A stretch of 63,239 nucleotides of DNA, filler included, from Octopus bimaculoides (GCF_001194135.2; 4 parts of 4 records of this genome joined end to end with filler, not necessarily neighbours in it); one strand, 5' to 3'. Positions 24,001-38,384 are shown, counted from the first letter of the whole stretch. Notes: generated from the letters alone by a model not told the origin. A program made the numbers and translations.

Positions 24001-26554
24001 TATTGAATCTTCCTCATAAGTGTACTAGTAGTTAAAAAGACTTAGCAAAAAGAAAAATTGATGGTATTTTATAGAAGTAACCAGCCGAATATTAATATTC
24101 TAAAATTGCTGTACCACCTAATCAAATGAACCTTCATTGTGTTTAATTTAATTTTTCTGCTTTCCTTAATATTCATTGTTCCTTTCTATCTTATCACTGC
24201 ATATTCGAACAAGATACTGAAATACTTTAGAGTTCTATTTGAAATCTGTTTATATAGCTGCTGTAATTATGTCAAGTATTACAAGGAGAGGATATTCTTT
24301 CTTGTCATAGGGTGCGATAGCTTAGTTCTTAAAAGAATATAAAGATTTGATATACCACGTCCACTTCTGAATTGTACTTATAAGTACAAAATTTGAACAA
24401 CTCTAGATTATGAGAGATAATTCAACTACCTCACAATATGGTGGAGGATTTATTGTTAAAATATTTGACGTACAAACCCCTAAATTAACATGAATTCCTA
24501 TCCTTCATAATGATTCAGATTAATACATACGGGTAGGTATCATTTAAGATACTATCGAATATATCCTTATCCAACCAATTCTATTTTATCTTTATTTTCT
24601 CCTACCTATTCTGACTCTGGAAGAGACTTTCTTCTCCATTTTCTCTCTAGTCACTCTGTATTAGTTAGTTTTATTTGTTTATTTTTTTCACTTTCAATCT
24701 GCACTTGAGCTAGTTTCATTGCCTACTGGAAAGTTTCTGTAAAACGTCAAAATACTTCTCGTTTAGTTACTGAATTCTGGACAAAAAGGATTTATCTTTT
24801 CAATACTAATTGATATTTCTGCCATATAAGTGGTAAATTAGTGATATGTGAAACTATAAATTTCTTTCTGTGTATTGGACTCTTTGGCAAACCTTTGACT
24901 AATTGTCTACTTGTACTATCTAGATATCAACAGACAATATGAATGTTTCAAATTCTTTATATGCTACATTTTAAAGATTCCATGTTTGTTAAATCATACT
25001 TTTAGTTCAGTGTTGGCCATTATTGGTTGCAAGTTATTTCATTGTTATTCAACATTAGACATAATACCGAAAAGGTGTTTCGGTCTATGTAATGTATGCG
25101 ATAAGACCAGTCAGAACAGATAGTTACATTGACTGGAGTCCAATTTATAAAACTTGTTTTTAATAACTGTCGCAGACTAAGGGTGCTAGAACCACTGCCG
25201 AATAAAACCTTGCCATGAAGAAGAAGAGGAAAAAAAATTACTATATTCAGGGCTTTGTTCCTGCAGAAACATAGTCTTGAAAGTTTAACTGCAGTCTTCA
25301 AGACTTGCTGTTTATAAACTGCTGATCTTTTCTGAACCATTTTATACCATGTAGTGTATTGAATAGAGAAGAATGAGATGTTTTGCTGTTTTATTTCTAT
25401 TTAATCAGGTAGTGGATTGAACTATTTATCATTCTCATAACATTTCTTCGATATCATTGCTAACAAATGTTCTCATCCATTGACATCAGTTTCCTGTTGT
25501 TGTTGTTGTTGTTGTTGTTGCAAACTGCCTTCTCCATAGACAGTTTCAACTCTCAAACTCTTGTTTTTCTTTTCTTCTGCCATAACTGTAGCTGTTGCTA
25601 CTCATGTTACTATTTGCACTGCTACTACTGTTCGTTATTTCTCTGTTCCATTTCATTAGTGACACTATTAGATTTACATGGTAACAAAATGCTAGAGCAC
25701 TAGATTTATAATTACTTAGTGTTTTACATTTCTTTCTATTAATTACTTGTAGAGATATTAAGTGGAATTCAGTTAATTTTTAAATAATCATCTGAGCGAA
25801 AATATAAATCATTATCATATTCGTTAATCTACAGTTTGCACAAAACTAATTATTCCAAGACCACTAGTGCTAGTAAGACTTTGAGCAAGTATTACAAGAA
25901 ACTTTTCCATATTATCTTTATTGTTGGGGCAGGTTTATTGATCTTATCGCCTCTTGTTTAGGCAATGTCTACATTAGCCTTAAGTTTAATCTCCTCTAAT
26001 TAAAATCCCAGATTTTTACTGCTGACTTAAGTGCTCACACATCAAATGGATTGTTTAAAATACTTGCCTGCTCGATGGATCCGTGCTGGCTAACGCTTCA
26101 CTTTATCTTATGTGAAGTGTTAAGTCAAAATATTTCCAGAAGGACGTTACAGATGGTTTCAAAATATTTTTTAAGATGACTGCTTGAAACCCGAAAAAGT
26201 ACATCTAAGTCTGTATTTGTTGATATTCATATCAAAGACTTAAAAATGTATTTCTTTGTTTTAAAACTACATTTGTTCTAGTCACAAGAAAACTCTCCTT
26301 TATCTTCTATTTTAGGTTATGAAATCTGAAATTTTACAGTTTATTAAAATCATATTTGACTGGCGCTCTTGAACAATTTAGCTGTTATTGTTAAAATGAA
26401 ATATTGCGAAATTTTATTTTCCTGAGTTGTTCATGAGCTACAACATTTGGACATGTGATCTAGTGACTGATGCGATTACGTGTTTGGTATCATGATAGAT
26501 AAATGTTGAATATCTGAATTATAAATTGGTACCAACTTGAAAGTTATTTTTCTT

Positions 26555-26588
<34 letters not shown>

Positions 26589-29500
26589 CTATTAAATCCT
26601 CTTGAGAAAATACAGTGCCTCTCAACTTATATATATTTGTATGGCACTTGACATATATCGTAATTTTTCTTACTAAATTTACAATTAGTTAACTGCCCAC
26701 TTTTTCTGATCTGAAATAACTGTTACGCCATTGTATGTTTAAATATTTATGTAATGTTGTAAAACAACTGGTATTATGCCAGCAATTGTTAGTGGTTTTC
26801 ATATGAATATTTTAATATTGGAAGTTTTATCTGTTGACGTTTGTCGTTTGTTGCCAAAGCTTAAAACCAGTCCCTGTAAGCTATATATTGCCTCAATTTT
26901 GCATGTTGTTTTGTGCTACCTACCAGAGACCAAACATTTAAAGTCTTTATTTCGTCCGTTATGTCTTAAATGAATATTAAGCTTAAAAAGAAAGAAAAAA
27001 AACAATCTGTTGGGGAATTAGTTATTGGTTCACTAAGCTATTTGCTTGGGGGAGTCCTGTAAAGTAAGTATGCGATACAAGAGTATATTTACTAGGGGAG
27101 TTCTGCATTGCAAGAGTCTATTTTGTTAATCACTGGAGGTATTTATAGAAAATATTGTGTATACGCTTCAGACGGATGTATCAAAACTAAGTGAAATTTA
27201 TAGTTGAACAAAAATATATAGGAACTGCAAACATTTTTTTAAAAATCTGTGTACAAGCATAAAGATTAACAAAATTTAAGGTGGAAGAAAAAAAAAAAGC
27301 AAATGGTTCATCTATTTTATATATCATCATTCGTCTGCATTTACATCGCTGGATATGCAAAACACCCATGGTTGTGTTAGATTAAGATGGTTTAGCAATT
27401 ATAAGTAAGGAAGCAAGCTATGTTAATCTCTAAAGCCATTAGCATAACATCATTAAGAGTACAGTGGGATGAGTGTTGGCAGTTTTGTAACTTCAATGCA
27501 TGTTCTTGGTAAGATGGCAGTTATAAAAGATCATTTGCCACACTGGCTGGGAAACCTAGTGAGTTTGTCTTTTTAATCACTTTTCACTTTCCAATTTAAA
27601 ATATCTTATTTGAAATTAGCAACCATCAGTTTTAATGTCTTGTTATTTGCTTACACTTGCTTACTCACTATATTTATATAGAGTTTCAACACAGTAGTAG
27701 TCAGAGGAAAAATCTTTTTAGTCTTTTTTTTCAATCTTTTTTTTTTTTTTTTTTTTNNNNNNNNNNAATTCGAACATTGCTAAGTTAAACCTGGAAAATC
27801 TGAAGTAAAATGTAAACATCAGGAAGGTATGTTTTGTGTTTGAGAAAACAGAAGTATTTATTGGTGTTGCTGTAGCTAGTTACACCGCTTCGGTCTTCTA
27901 GATTAAAAAAAAAAGCATTTCTAACTATAACAGCGTGATGCGTATGTAAAAGGGTTAAGATAAATGGATATTCAGATGAGATACAAAATTAGTTTGGTTT
28001 TTTTTTTTTTTTTATCATCTGATAAAGTTCAAAGCAAGAAAGATTAACCTACATTATGCTGAGAGGAGTAAACACCCTAAGTATGAATGTAATTTATGTA
28101 TGCATGTGTTGTATGTAATGAATATTTCTAGGTTTAAGGTTCTCAGTTTAATACTTGCTTGCTTGTATCTTATAAAGTCAGAAGAAAAAGAAAAAACTGA
28201 AATGGCTGTAATCCATATAGGACCCTTGCTATTAAGAGCACAAAAACAAAAGGGTAATTTTCAACATTGAAGTCATGCAGTTGTCAGTTTTCCTCAAGAC
28301 ATTCCCTTATATAGACTGTCCACTACTAAAAGTTCAATAAACAATTTTTCTTCGACCTTTGGTTGTTGCTGATCTTTTCTTTTTGTTTTGTTTTTTTCTT
28401 TTCTTTTTTCTTTCCTATTTTATTGCATTTATTATCAGTTGCATAATTTCAGTTTTTTTTTTTTTAAATCCTTTTTTTTTTTTTTTTATCTCAGATGATT
28501 TTCCCCCCACTTTTTTTTTTTATTTAACTAAACATTTTTTTGTTTCTGCAAAATAGCAAACAGCCATTACCATTTACCTGGACTCTATTTTGTTGAAAGA
28601 AGGAAAAAAAAAATAATAATCCACCGAAACCAAATTGATATTTCGAGTGAATAAATTTAAGCAAATGATGGTTGCACAAATATGCTAGGTCACTGGAGAG
28701 TGAATATGAAAATATGGTCTGTAAACAAATGCAAAATGATTTAAAAAAAAAAAAGAAGGTCAAACTAAATTCGTATGTTACTAATAAAATGTGATACTTG
28801 TCAAAATTGTTGTCTCAGTTAATTGGTGTCTCAAAAGGAATATAGGTCCAGTTGATGTTGGTATACAAACTTGAAAGTGGCTAGTGTTGGTCTGTGTCGG
28901 CAAGACTTATAGTAAAATCAATTAAAGGAGTACAATGAACTTGCTGTTGGGAGTGGAAAATCTTCTTTCAGACAGTCCATCTTTCAATTTTTCCTTGATG
29001 ATAGACTCTGCTGAAAATGTTATATTTTCCTCTCCCCCTTAGCAAATTCACTGTACTTATAAAATATTGATTACAGAAACGAGCTACAATAATTCTAGAA
29101 TCTCACCTTTATTACACTGGTTCATCATATCTTTAGGAAGCCAATTTCCTTGCTGAAATGCTCAAATTGTGTCACATCAGAGCTCTGTTCCTGATGGAGG
29201 CAGTTGACAAAATTTCACTGGTACTTAAATGTGTTAACAGAATCACATCAAGAAGACAAATTCAAGCTTTCTATAATAAAACATTGATAGTTATGTTATG
29301 AATATTTATATTGTAAAAATATGGAATGCATGCATCATCATTATTTTTTTATGCAGGCATGGGAAACATAGGAGCATTACTAAGTCAGTTCTTATTCAAT
29401 ATCACAGAACTGGACACACACACACACACTTCTTGAGCATGTGTGTACATATATGTCTATGTTTATATACATACATGTATACAAATATTTTGTGTGGCCC

Positions 29501-30700
29501 AGTATAGCTGCAGTCAACTGATTGAAACAAGTAAAAGAATATGAAATACGGACATGTATATAAATATCTTATGTGTGTACGAAGGTAGTTGATTTGTATT
29601 TTTGTAAATTTGTATATGTTGGTGAGATTACGTCTTTTTATGTACATATATAATGTAAAAGTGCCTATAAACAAGTTTTATATATGTATATAAAAGTTTT
29701 GCATATGTATATACATTATAGATGTGTCTTCTTTCTATTTGTATATATGACTATATTGTTATCAGTTCCTATCTATCTTTGTCTCATATGTGTCCTTTTA
29801 CACTCTCACACACTTGTATACATACTTACATATATGTGTGTGTATATATGTACATACACACACACACACATCTGTTTATTTGTATTTTGTTTATACTCGT
29901 GCATGTATGTGTGTGTATATATATGTATATGTATGTGTGTGTGTGTGTATTCACTTAGAATTCGAAATACTGGCAGTTTCTCTGTGAATCCTTCTAGGAA
30001 GAGAATATCACCATGTCAGTTTTAAGAGTGGCTTTGCTGGACAAGTGTGACCAGCAGTTAATTAATTTCACTCATTAATTTCTGATTGAATGAGTTGGTA
30101 AAATGTGCTGTGTTTGTTTTCTTAACACTTCTGTGTATATATTTGTATGCATGAATATGTATATGTATGTATATATACATAAATACATACATATTTATGT
30201 TGTCATGTGTTTGTATATGTATGTACTTATGTATGGGTATAACATTAAACAGCACCCAGTGGTGAGCCTCCAGTGCTGGAGCTGCAGTGGCAGGGTGGAG
30301 TTACCCCCTTAATTACCATTAGTACTATGTCTGTTCTGATCCAGAATGGTAGTTCCTGTCAGGGCGCCATCTACGGGTTAAATGGATTTCCCAGGGCTAG
30401 AGGAAGCTCTTGTTATTTTTGATAAAGCCGTGATCAAGGCAGCTCTTCTAAGAGAAAGATACTCTGACAAAACTTTCAGTTAAAAGAATACCAACCATGT
30501 TACAATGACTGGTGCTGCATCTTGCAATCACCGGAATCTACTGTGGTGACCAAAGGAGTGTCACAAGTGATGTACAAGCTTTTGTCACTTAAATTCAATG
30601 ATGTACAGATGTTTCACTATCTGTGAAACAACTATCATCTGACAAGATGAAGCAATCATCATCAAAAAATTAAATAGTTCGGCTGTGAAAAATGTGTTTA
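18926..30700 (+). other. SINE-poor, CpG-poor, T-rich block; probable long 3' UTR or methylated gene body
   Basis: No full-length A/B/C SINE seen, CpG visibly scarce, many plus-strand poly-T runs, several AATAAA, no credible long ORF. Confidence 0.5.
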
Positions 30701-30979
30701 TTAAAGGTCATGTTGTTATAGCCAGAAGAACATAGTAACAACCTTTGAGCATTTTATGTTAATCTGAGTTCAAATTTGGACAGGGTCAAATTTGCCTTTC
30801 ATTCTTTTGATGCCATTAAGAAAAAAAAGCAGCTGGAAATTGGTGTCGATTTGGGTTGAACAGAAGCATCGAAATATCAACAGGAATTGGGCTGAACAAT
30901 GATTTTTGGTATTTAGTTACCTCCCTTTACGATGTGATTTCGAGCGAGTTGAGAATTGACTTATCTTTTACCATTAACT

Positions 30980-31150
30980 TGTTTCGGTCATTAGACTGCG
31001 GCCATGCTGGAACACCGCCTTGATGGGTTTTAATCGAACAAATCGGCCCCAGTACTTTTTACCTAACCTGGTATTTGTTCCATCGGTGTCTTTTTGCCAA
31101 AATGCCGAAAAATCAGGGACGTAAACAAACCAACACCGGTTGTAAAGCGC
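30980..31150 (-). mobile_element. SINE family B 3' fragment
   Basis: GTTTCGGTCATTAGACTGCGGCCATGCTGG is the reverse complement of the family B tail. Confidence 0.85.
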
Positions 31151-31899
31151 ACCATTTCCTGCGTCAAATAATAAATTATCTATCAAGTCAAGTCACTTCG
31201 TTTTTACTTGGGAATATGCATGAAGTTTGTGTGATATATGTGCTGCACATAGTGTGTGTGAAAGAGAGTGAGAGTGGGGTTATTCTAGCTTGTAGGTTCT
31301 GACATCAAATCGCCGAGATCAAGTTTTCCTCAACTTTACAAGTTCAGTACAAACCAAGTATTGTAGTTGATCTAAACCACCCCACCAACCACCTTAAAAT
31401 TTCCTAAACTTGTGTTTAATTTAGAAATAAAATTATTACTATTGTTTCCGGATGTAAGAACTGGTAAATTGCCAGATAAATAAGAAAGAAAAAAAAAATG
31501 ACTTTATGCTCTTATGTTATGAAATTGACAGTTTAGCGTTCTCTAAATTAATGAGTTCATCTTGAATCTCATTGAACTATATGTTAAGGGAAGAAGTATT
31601 ACTGATCCCTGTATCCATATCCTTATATAGAAGTAAGTGCTAGTTGGATTTTCTATATTAATGATTAATTTTTGACAAGTGAAATTGATTTTAATAATCT
31701 CTTTAGTAGGGCTTTTAACGATAATTAGGTGAGCTGCAATTATACGAATTGTGTGTGTATTTGCCAAAAGGTCATGTTTGTATTTTTTTTTATGCGAGTC
31801 TGTTGCTGTAATATATACACTGCAGTTAAGAGGTAATACACTTTTACAGGGTGTAATATAGCTTACAGCAAAAAGGTACCAAATCATTTGTTGCTATAT

Positions 31900-32178
31900 A
31901 GAAGTACTCCGTCGGTTACGACGACGAGGGTCCCAGCTGATACGATCAACGGAACAGCTTGCTCGTGTACCCCAACGTAGTTCTCAGGGAGACTCAGCGT
32001 GACAAGGCCCGCCCTTTGAAATGCACCTTTGAGGTACAACTCATTTTGCCAGCTGAGTGGACTGGTGCAACGTGAAATAAAGTGTCTTGCTCAAGGACGC
32101 AACGCCTCGCCGGAAATTGAACTCACGACCTTACAATCGCGAGCCGAATGCCCTAACCACTAAGCCACGCGCTTTCAC
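31900..32178 (-). mobile_element. SINE family C, full length with perfect 12-bp TSD
   Basis: Head GTGAAAGCGCGTGGCTTAGTGG, B box GAGTTCAATTTCC, CCTTGAGCAAGACACTTT core; TSD TTGTTGCTATAT at 31888-31899 and 32179-32190. Confidence 0.96.
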
Positions 32179-34223
32179 TTGTTGCTATATGCTTCGCATT
32201 GAAGAGGTACCACTTTACAGTCGAAAGCAGTGGCACGGCCATAAAAAAAAAAAAAATCTCGCCTTGATAACTTAATATTGGGTTGGATTCTTCGATGAAA
32301 ATCCACTGTGTTAGACGCAGACAAAACTGGAAAACTATTATTTCGTATATAACCAAGTGACTGGTAGCAATATTGGTGTCTTCAATAACTGCCAAGAAAT
32401 CTATCATCGTTTTACAAATGACTCCCTCCTACGCCTCTCGCAGATTCAACCATCTTAAGGTAAAAGTATTCAATTTGATATCATCATGCTGTTCTCACTC
32501 CTTCCAACAGCAATTTTTGTTTTCGAGACGAAAATATTGATCTATTATAAATTTTAAACTTTCCATTTGTTTCTAAATTGTTGGCCCCTAATATTAGTCC
32601 AGCATACTTGAACCCTGCATTCTATCTTCATTACTCTTCTGGTGAACAATATCCTTCCTCTCTTCACTCGGAATAAAAGACGTGTCCAGCAGAGCTAAAC
32701 TTGATGGTTTTCAATACTTTTTTGGTTTCAGCTAAATACCGACTATTCTTTTTGGACGATGTGTTGTTTGTATTTAGACACCAGATCAGAATTTGACATT
32801 GAAACGCCAAAACAACAATGTCTTTGCAGTTTCCTTATTTCCTTTAATGATAACCATCTTTGAACAAGTCAGAAGGGATATTTTACACGGAAAGTTGCAG
32901 TACAATTTGAGCGAATGGACATAGTACATTATTTTATCAATTCCGCTCCAAAATAGATGAAAAGCGAAGCGGATCTCCGGCGGAATGTGAAATCCGGTTC
33001 TTCATGAATGAAAGTTAACATTGCAAGACATCTGCTTGGGTCGTCTGTTGATTTTGTCGACCTCTGTTTTAATAATTATTTCTCATTTAGATTTAACTGC
33101 ATCCATTAAGACTAGGGAATGTGTGTGAAGTCGGTGAAATCGACTGCTACTTATTTCATTTGTCCTGTTGGAACAGAATCTAATAATAAAATTCAGATCT
33201 TTTCTGTTGCTGTCAGAGGTTTTGAAATTTTAAAATTAAGTGTAAAATTTCAGATTCATCGATGTTATTTTTCACGCTGAATCTGATTTTGTGATTCTTT
33301 TATTCCAGAAAATTTTTAGAAAAGTATTACAGAGGTTTAAAGTTTGATATTTCCACTCAATCAGAAAAGATTTGGAAGCTGGCATTTTCTGTGTGATAGT
33401 TGTCTATCACAAAATGAAAGTAAAACATTACGACGACGAAAGTCGTAAGAAGTTTTAATGAGCAGTCACGTGAAACGGTCGAACAGACATGTAAATAATA
33501 ACAAAAAAAAAAAAAAAGGAAAAAATCCTCAGCGAAATCTTTTTCGAAAAATTACAGAAAGAAAAAAACCAAAAACTTCGTTAGTGTTAGGGTTAAGGTT
33601 GGATCCATCGTCAAAGAAAATACATAGGCTAAAAGAACATGCAAGTAGTGGTGATGGTTTTTGGGCAGCAGACTACAGTTTCTCTTGTGCCTGGAAACAA
33701 GCATCAATACGTCTGTAGCTTTCGATTGGCTAAAATTACTCAACGATGGCAAACTTTAAAAGCTATTAACTTTTTATTTATCAATTTAGTACGCGAAATT
33801 TAATTTCATTTTTCATAATTAGCATACAAAATTGAATCAGTACAACACACTTGAAAATAATTGGAGCAAAATTAAATCATAGAAAACTGTGACAGCAAAA
33901 AAGATCCAAGAAACCTGATGTCCACTGCGATACAGAATCGTCTATCCCACTACCGCTTACCATTGTTGTTAGCAGAAATACCTGATGCTGCCTTGAAATT
34001 CTAGTATCTGCATTGACAATAAACTGTTCACCTTGGCCACTTTTTCAACTTAGAAACTAAATGGATGACACAATATATTTAGGAATACTATTATTTCTCT
34101 TCATTGCATTTATTATTAGGAACAATTCTTATAAATCATAACCTCATGCATGTATGCATGAGAGAGAAATGCACATTTTAGATGAAAACCGAAATGATAT
34201 GAAATGATATTATGTGAAGTCGC

Positions 34224-34560
34224 CAGGGCCGGATTAAGACCCATCGAGGCCCTAAGCACTTAAAAGATTTTGGTGCCCCCATAAAAGATTATGTAATTCA
34301 AAATATAAACAATAACAAACCATAAAATATTTTTAAAAAATTTCTTCAAAACGAAACAAAACAGTAAGAGGGAAAATAACGTTTATTTTTGTCTACTTCC
34401 ATTTTATTTACATTTGAAAAGTTTCCTCCTGTTTTTTTGAATTGCAAAGTCTTTGATCAGATCTTCAAAATTAATCTTAGGCAACACATCTGCATCTATA
34501 CTTAGAAGAGATAAAGGCATCCCGAATATTATTTTAGCAAGTTTAAAGTGATTTCTTTTG
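34224..34560 (-). mobile_element. hAT transposon 3' end with transposase C-terminal remnant
   Basis: TIR-like CAGGGCCGGATTAAGAC at 34224; minus-strand SLLSIDADVLPKINFEDLIKDFAIQKNRRK resembles the end of the hAT dimerisation domain. Confidence 0.78.
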
Positions 34561-34715
34561 TACTGCAAACCATTTACCATTTCTGTGGTGCACCTCCTTC
34601 CCTTGATGCTCTAAGTACGTGCTTATTTTGCTTAATGGTTAATCCAGCGCTGGAAGTCGCTTTGTGTTAATGATACAACTACGATAATCTAGAACACACA
34701 CTTGTCCACCTACAT

Positions 34716-35183
34716 CAGTGGTTCACAAATTCTTGTAGCTCAGAAACTTCTTACATCGAATAGCGATTTGCAAACATCTTTTCTCCATGTTTTAGGAGAA
34801 AAAACAAAGGTCAGAAGGAAACAATTTTAATCAAACAAGCTAATTTTGTGTAGTTTATTATTATCCTTATTTTCTAATATCATTTCATCAGCCTACCCCA
34901 TCTGTAAAGTTTATGGAAATAATTAAATTAAAGAAAACGAAGATATATAATGAAATTATATTGGACTATGGCCATGTTGTTCACTGATAACTCATTCGTC
35001 TATTCAATAATTTGATCTCGACAACAGTTTTTTTTAAACGTGTTTAAAACAAACATTGAACTTGATTTAAATATTTTCTAATAAAAATCTCGACTCTTTT
35101 GAACACCCACTTGGTATTTACCGTCCTCTTTGGAACTCAGAACACCCACAACGAGTTGTAAATGCTCGGGTTAAGAACCACTG
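34716..35183. mobile_element. hAT (Charlie-like) MITE
   Basis: TIRs CAGTGGTTC...GAACCACTG; flanks ACCTACAT and ACCAACAG match 6/8, consistent with an 8-bp TSD. Confidence 0.75.
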
Positions 35184-36482
35184 ACCAACAGAGACAGAGA
35201 AATCTAGTGTACTGTCTAGATATGAAGACACGAAGGAAAATTTATCTACTTTGATAGACATTTTAACCATATCCGGGGGCCTGAGATAAGCTGAAAATTC
35301 GTCAACTTCAAAGATCTCGAAATGATATAGAAAACTTTTTAAGGTGATCTCTACAGATTTTCAATAACAATTAAAGCCAGCACTGATTTGTTACAACATT
35401 TCATATCCGAATACGTCTAACGTAAACAATGCGAAGATTGCCTTTGCCTGATATACCAATATATGTTGGTTAAGAGAGTTAAAATAGTTCGTGCAGTTGT
35501 GATAGAAGTAGTCTATAAGACTGGTAGAAAGCCACAAAACCAGAAGCTATGGCATGTACTACTTGATTTAATCGACCCTATATCATAACTGGTACTTTTA
35601 CAATCAATTAAGAAGGGACAGATTGAAAATAGAGGGTGATTTCCACTGTAAAATCAGAGAACATTCTAAAAGGCAAGAAGCGGATGGGGTTTAAGTTAAA
35701 CAGGGATTTGGCAAAGCAAGAAGTTTGGCTCTCGAAACTGGATACTTCACAAGAAAACTTAGCCAAAATATTGAATATCTTTAAAAAATGACCTCAGAAT
35801 AGATTGCTGAAAAGTTGATTCAATAACAGAGCACTGTTGCCAACAATAAATACGTACATATACATCTCTCTCTCTCACACATATATATATATGCACACAC
35901 ACATATGTATATNNNNNNNNNNNNNNNNNNNNNNNNNNNNNNNNNNNNNNNNNNNTATATATATATATATATATATATGCATATGAGTGTGTGTATATAT
36001 ATATATATATCCTGAGTTCTACTGATCTATAACTGTAGTATTCTAAAAATACAAAATAAAAAAGAAACGTACAATTTGCAGTCAAATATCGAAAATAAAA
36101 AGTCTATATTTAGAAAGGTATGATTTGTATTCGGAGAAGGAATATGAAAAACGAGATTACAGGGTCAACCCCAAATATAGGGATGTTGCTACATGACAGT
36201 ACATCCCTTAACTAGTTACTGAACTTCTGTCTGTCTGTCTATCTTTCTTTCTCTCTATATATATATTTATATATATGTATTCACGGATAGATGGATGGAT
36301 ATCCGTCGGATTCGACGATGCGGATTCAGTTCAATCTGCTGAATTGCCTATCCAATGAAACAACGTGTAAAGAACAGGAGCAAATATATACTATACAAGG
36401 AAGTTTACTAATTGGCAATATATCCTATAACTAGTCACTGAATACCTAGATATGTAAATAATATTGCACAAAATATGGATAG

Positions 36483-36660
36483 ATTTCCGTCGATTTCAAC
36501 AGTATGGATTGAATTTTTGTGCCAACTAGCTTCCCTGCTTATTGAAGTAACTTATAAGTGGCCCAGAATTCTACAGACACATGTACCATTGACGTAATTC
36601 ACGAACAGAATCAGCGTAATACAGTGTATGACAAGGGTACACTTTTGAATTACAATTATC
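36483..36660 (-). mobile_element. Degraded SINE family C 3' part
   Basis: TTCCGTCGA..ACAGACACATGTACC..GACGTA..TCAGCGT..TGACAAGG aligns by eye to family C. Confidence 0.6.
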
Positions 36661-37024
36661 ATCCATCCGATGGTTTTGGTCAACCCGATTTCACTTAGAA
36701 GGTATTAAAAGACTAGAAGCTAAAGAAAATGACATTTTCTTCAGATACCACTTTATAGAGTAGAACCTGCGACTCCGCTGTTGCGAGGCAAATTCTATAA
36801 CCATTCAGCCATTCTGTACTATTATCACCATGCGCGTATACAGGTACAACATTTAATTCTTCAAAGCCTCTGCTTCCAAAGCTTTTCGAATTACAGACGC
36901 TTAATATATATTATATTAATATATATTATATTATGGGCGATCGTCTTGTTCAACACACTCTAAATTAAACACATTAAATTTACTTTAATAATTGAATGAA
37001 ATACAAGTACCAGTACATTAGTAA

Positions 37025-37250
37025 TAAATAATGGTTTCAAATTTTGCCACAAGGGCAGCAATTTTGTGGGAGGGGATGAGTCGATTTCATCGACCCAGTG
37101 TTCAACTGGTACTTATTTTATCGACTCCGAAAGGATGAATGGCAAACTTGACCTCGGTGGAATTTGAATTCAGAACGTGGCGACGGGTAAAATACCGCTA
37201 AGCATTTCGTCCAGTGCGATAACTATTCTATCAGCTGGCCACCTACGTTA
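37025..37250 (-). mobile_element. SINE family A
   Basis: (AAT)n-linked tail, core and head. Confidence 0.9.
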
Positions 37251-37879
37251 GTATAAATAACACAAGGTCTTTAATCCTGTACAGTACACGGTACTGTGAA
37301 ACAGAGCCGCCCAGTAAACTAGTCTGGTGACCGCAGTTATTTGAAGTTCGAGCTCGTAAGTGTGGATTAAAAGAGATTCCGGACTATCAGTGTCTGGAAA
37401 GTCGGTGTTGTTCCTGGATTACAGAGATTATAAACTTTATTGGTAATTGTATTGGGTCAAATGAAAACATGATGGTACTGAGCTGAGTGTTTGGACGCAG
37501 ACTCTAACTATGATATCTTCTAAGGTTGTTTGTTCTGTAAAGTAATTGTATCACGAATGATAAATAGAAAGATTCTCTGAGAGGAGTTTTGTTGAAAAAC
37601 TTCTAGAAATCTCCTCAAAAATGTACAAGAATCCAAAAGGAACTAAAGAAAATCTTAATAACGGTCCAACAATGTTATAAAGTTAAATATAGTAAGAACG
37701 GTATGGCTGAGTCATTGAACTTGCACATGGACCACGTGTTCGAATCCGTTGCTGAGTCTCCTTATTTTCTGGAGCTAGAAAGAACTCTGCTTTACACTGC
37801 GTCAGTTCACTTAAATATCCGGAATATCAGTTTCAGAGTATCTTGGAACGTTTAGTTTCATATTACCAATTAGGTGTCC

Positions 37880-38085
37880 AAGGCGGCGAGCTGGCAGAAT
37901 CGTTAGCACGCCGGGCGAAATGCTTAGCGGTATTTCGTCTGTCTTTATGTTCTGAGTTCAAATTCCGCCGAGGTCGACTTTGCCTTTCATCCTTTCGGGG
38001 TCGATAAATTAAATATCAGTTGCGTACTGGGGTCGATCTCCCCCAAAATTTCTGGCCTTGTGCCTAGAGTAGAAAAGAAAACAAT
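37880..38085 (+). mobile_element. SINE family A with TSD
   Basis: Near-consensus copy; TSD AATTAGGTGTCC / AATTAGGCATCC (10/12). Confidence 0.96.
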
Positions 38086-38384
38086 AATTAGGCATCCTGG
38101 TCCACCTTCTCATTGAATCCACGCTCTCGTTCTGAGTACATATTGTGATTGGAAAATCCTCAACGATTAAGTAAGACAGTTGAAAAAGTAAAATATGTTG
38201 AGTGTATGTGAATATAAACAGCACTGAATCTTTTCGCAAAAGAAGACATCTGTAAGTGGCTGGAAATATTATTACGAAACTTGACCTGAGTGGATTTGAA
38301 ACCCCTAATGATTGGCGGTGTTGCTAGGAGACAAGATGTAACACTGAACTGTGAGAAAGCTTATCAGTAAAGCAGTTAAAGGAA

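Noticed and set aside
19093-24433. 8-mer sites for conserved miRNAs (miR-9 19093, miR-1 21378 and 21500, miR-92 21582, miR-137 22545, miR-153 22779, let-7 24426)
   Set aside because: A rough estimate suggests several such hits are expected by chance in 10 kb of AT-rich sequence across about 30 families; needs a conservation or enrichment test
27767-27826. Exon-like segment ending AAG|GTATGT
   Set aside because: Stops in all three frames and the acceptor is hidden by an N gap
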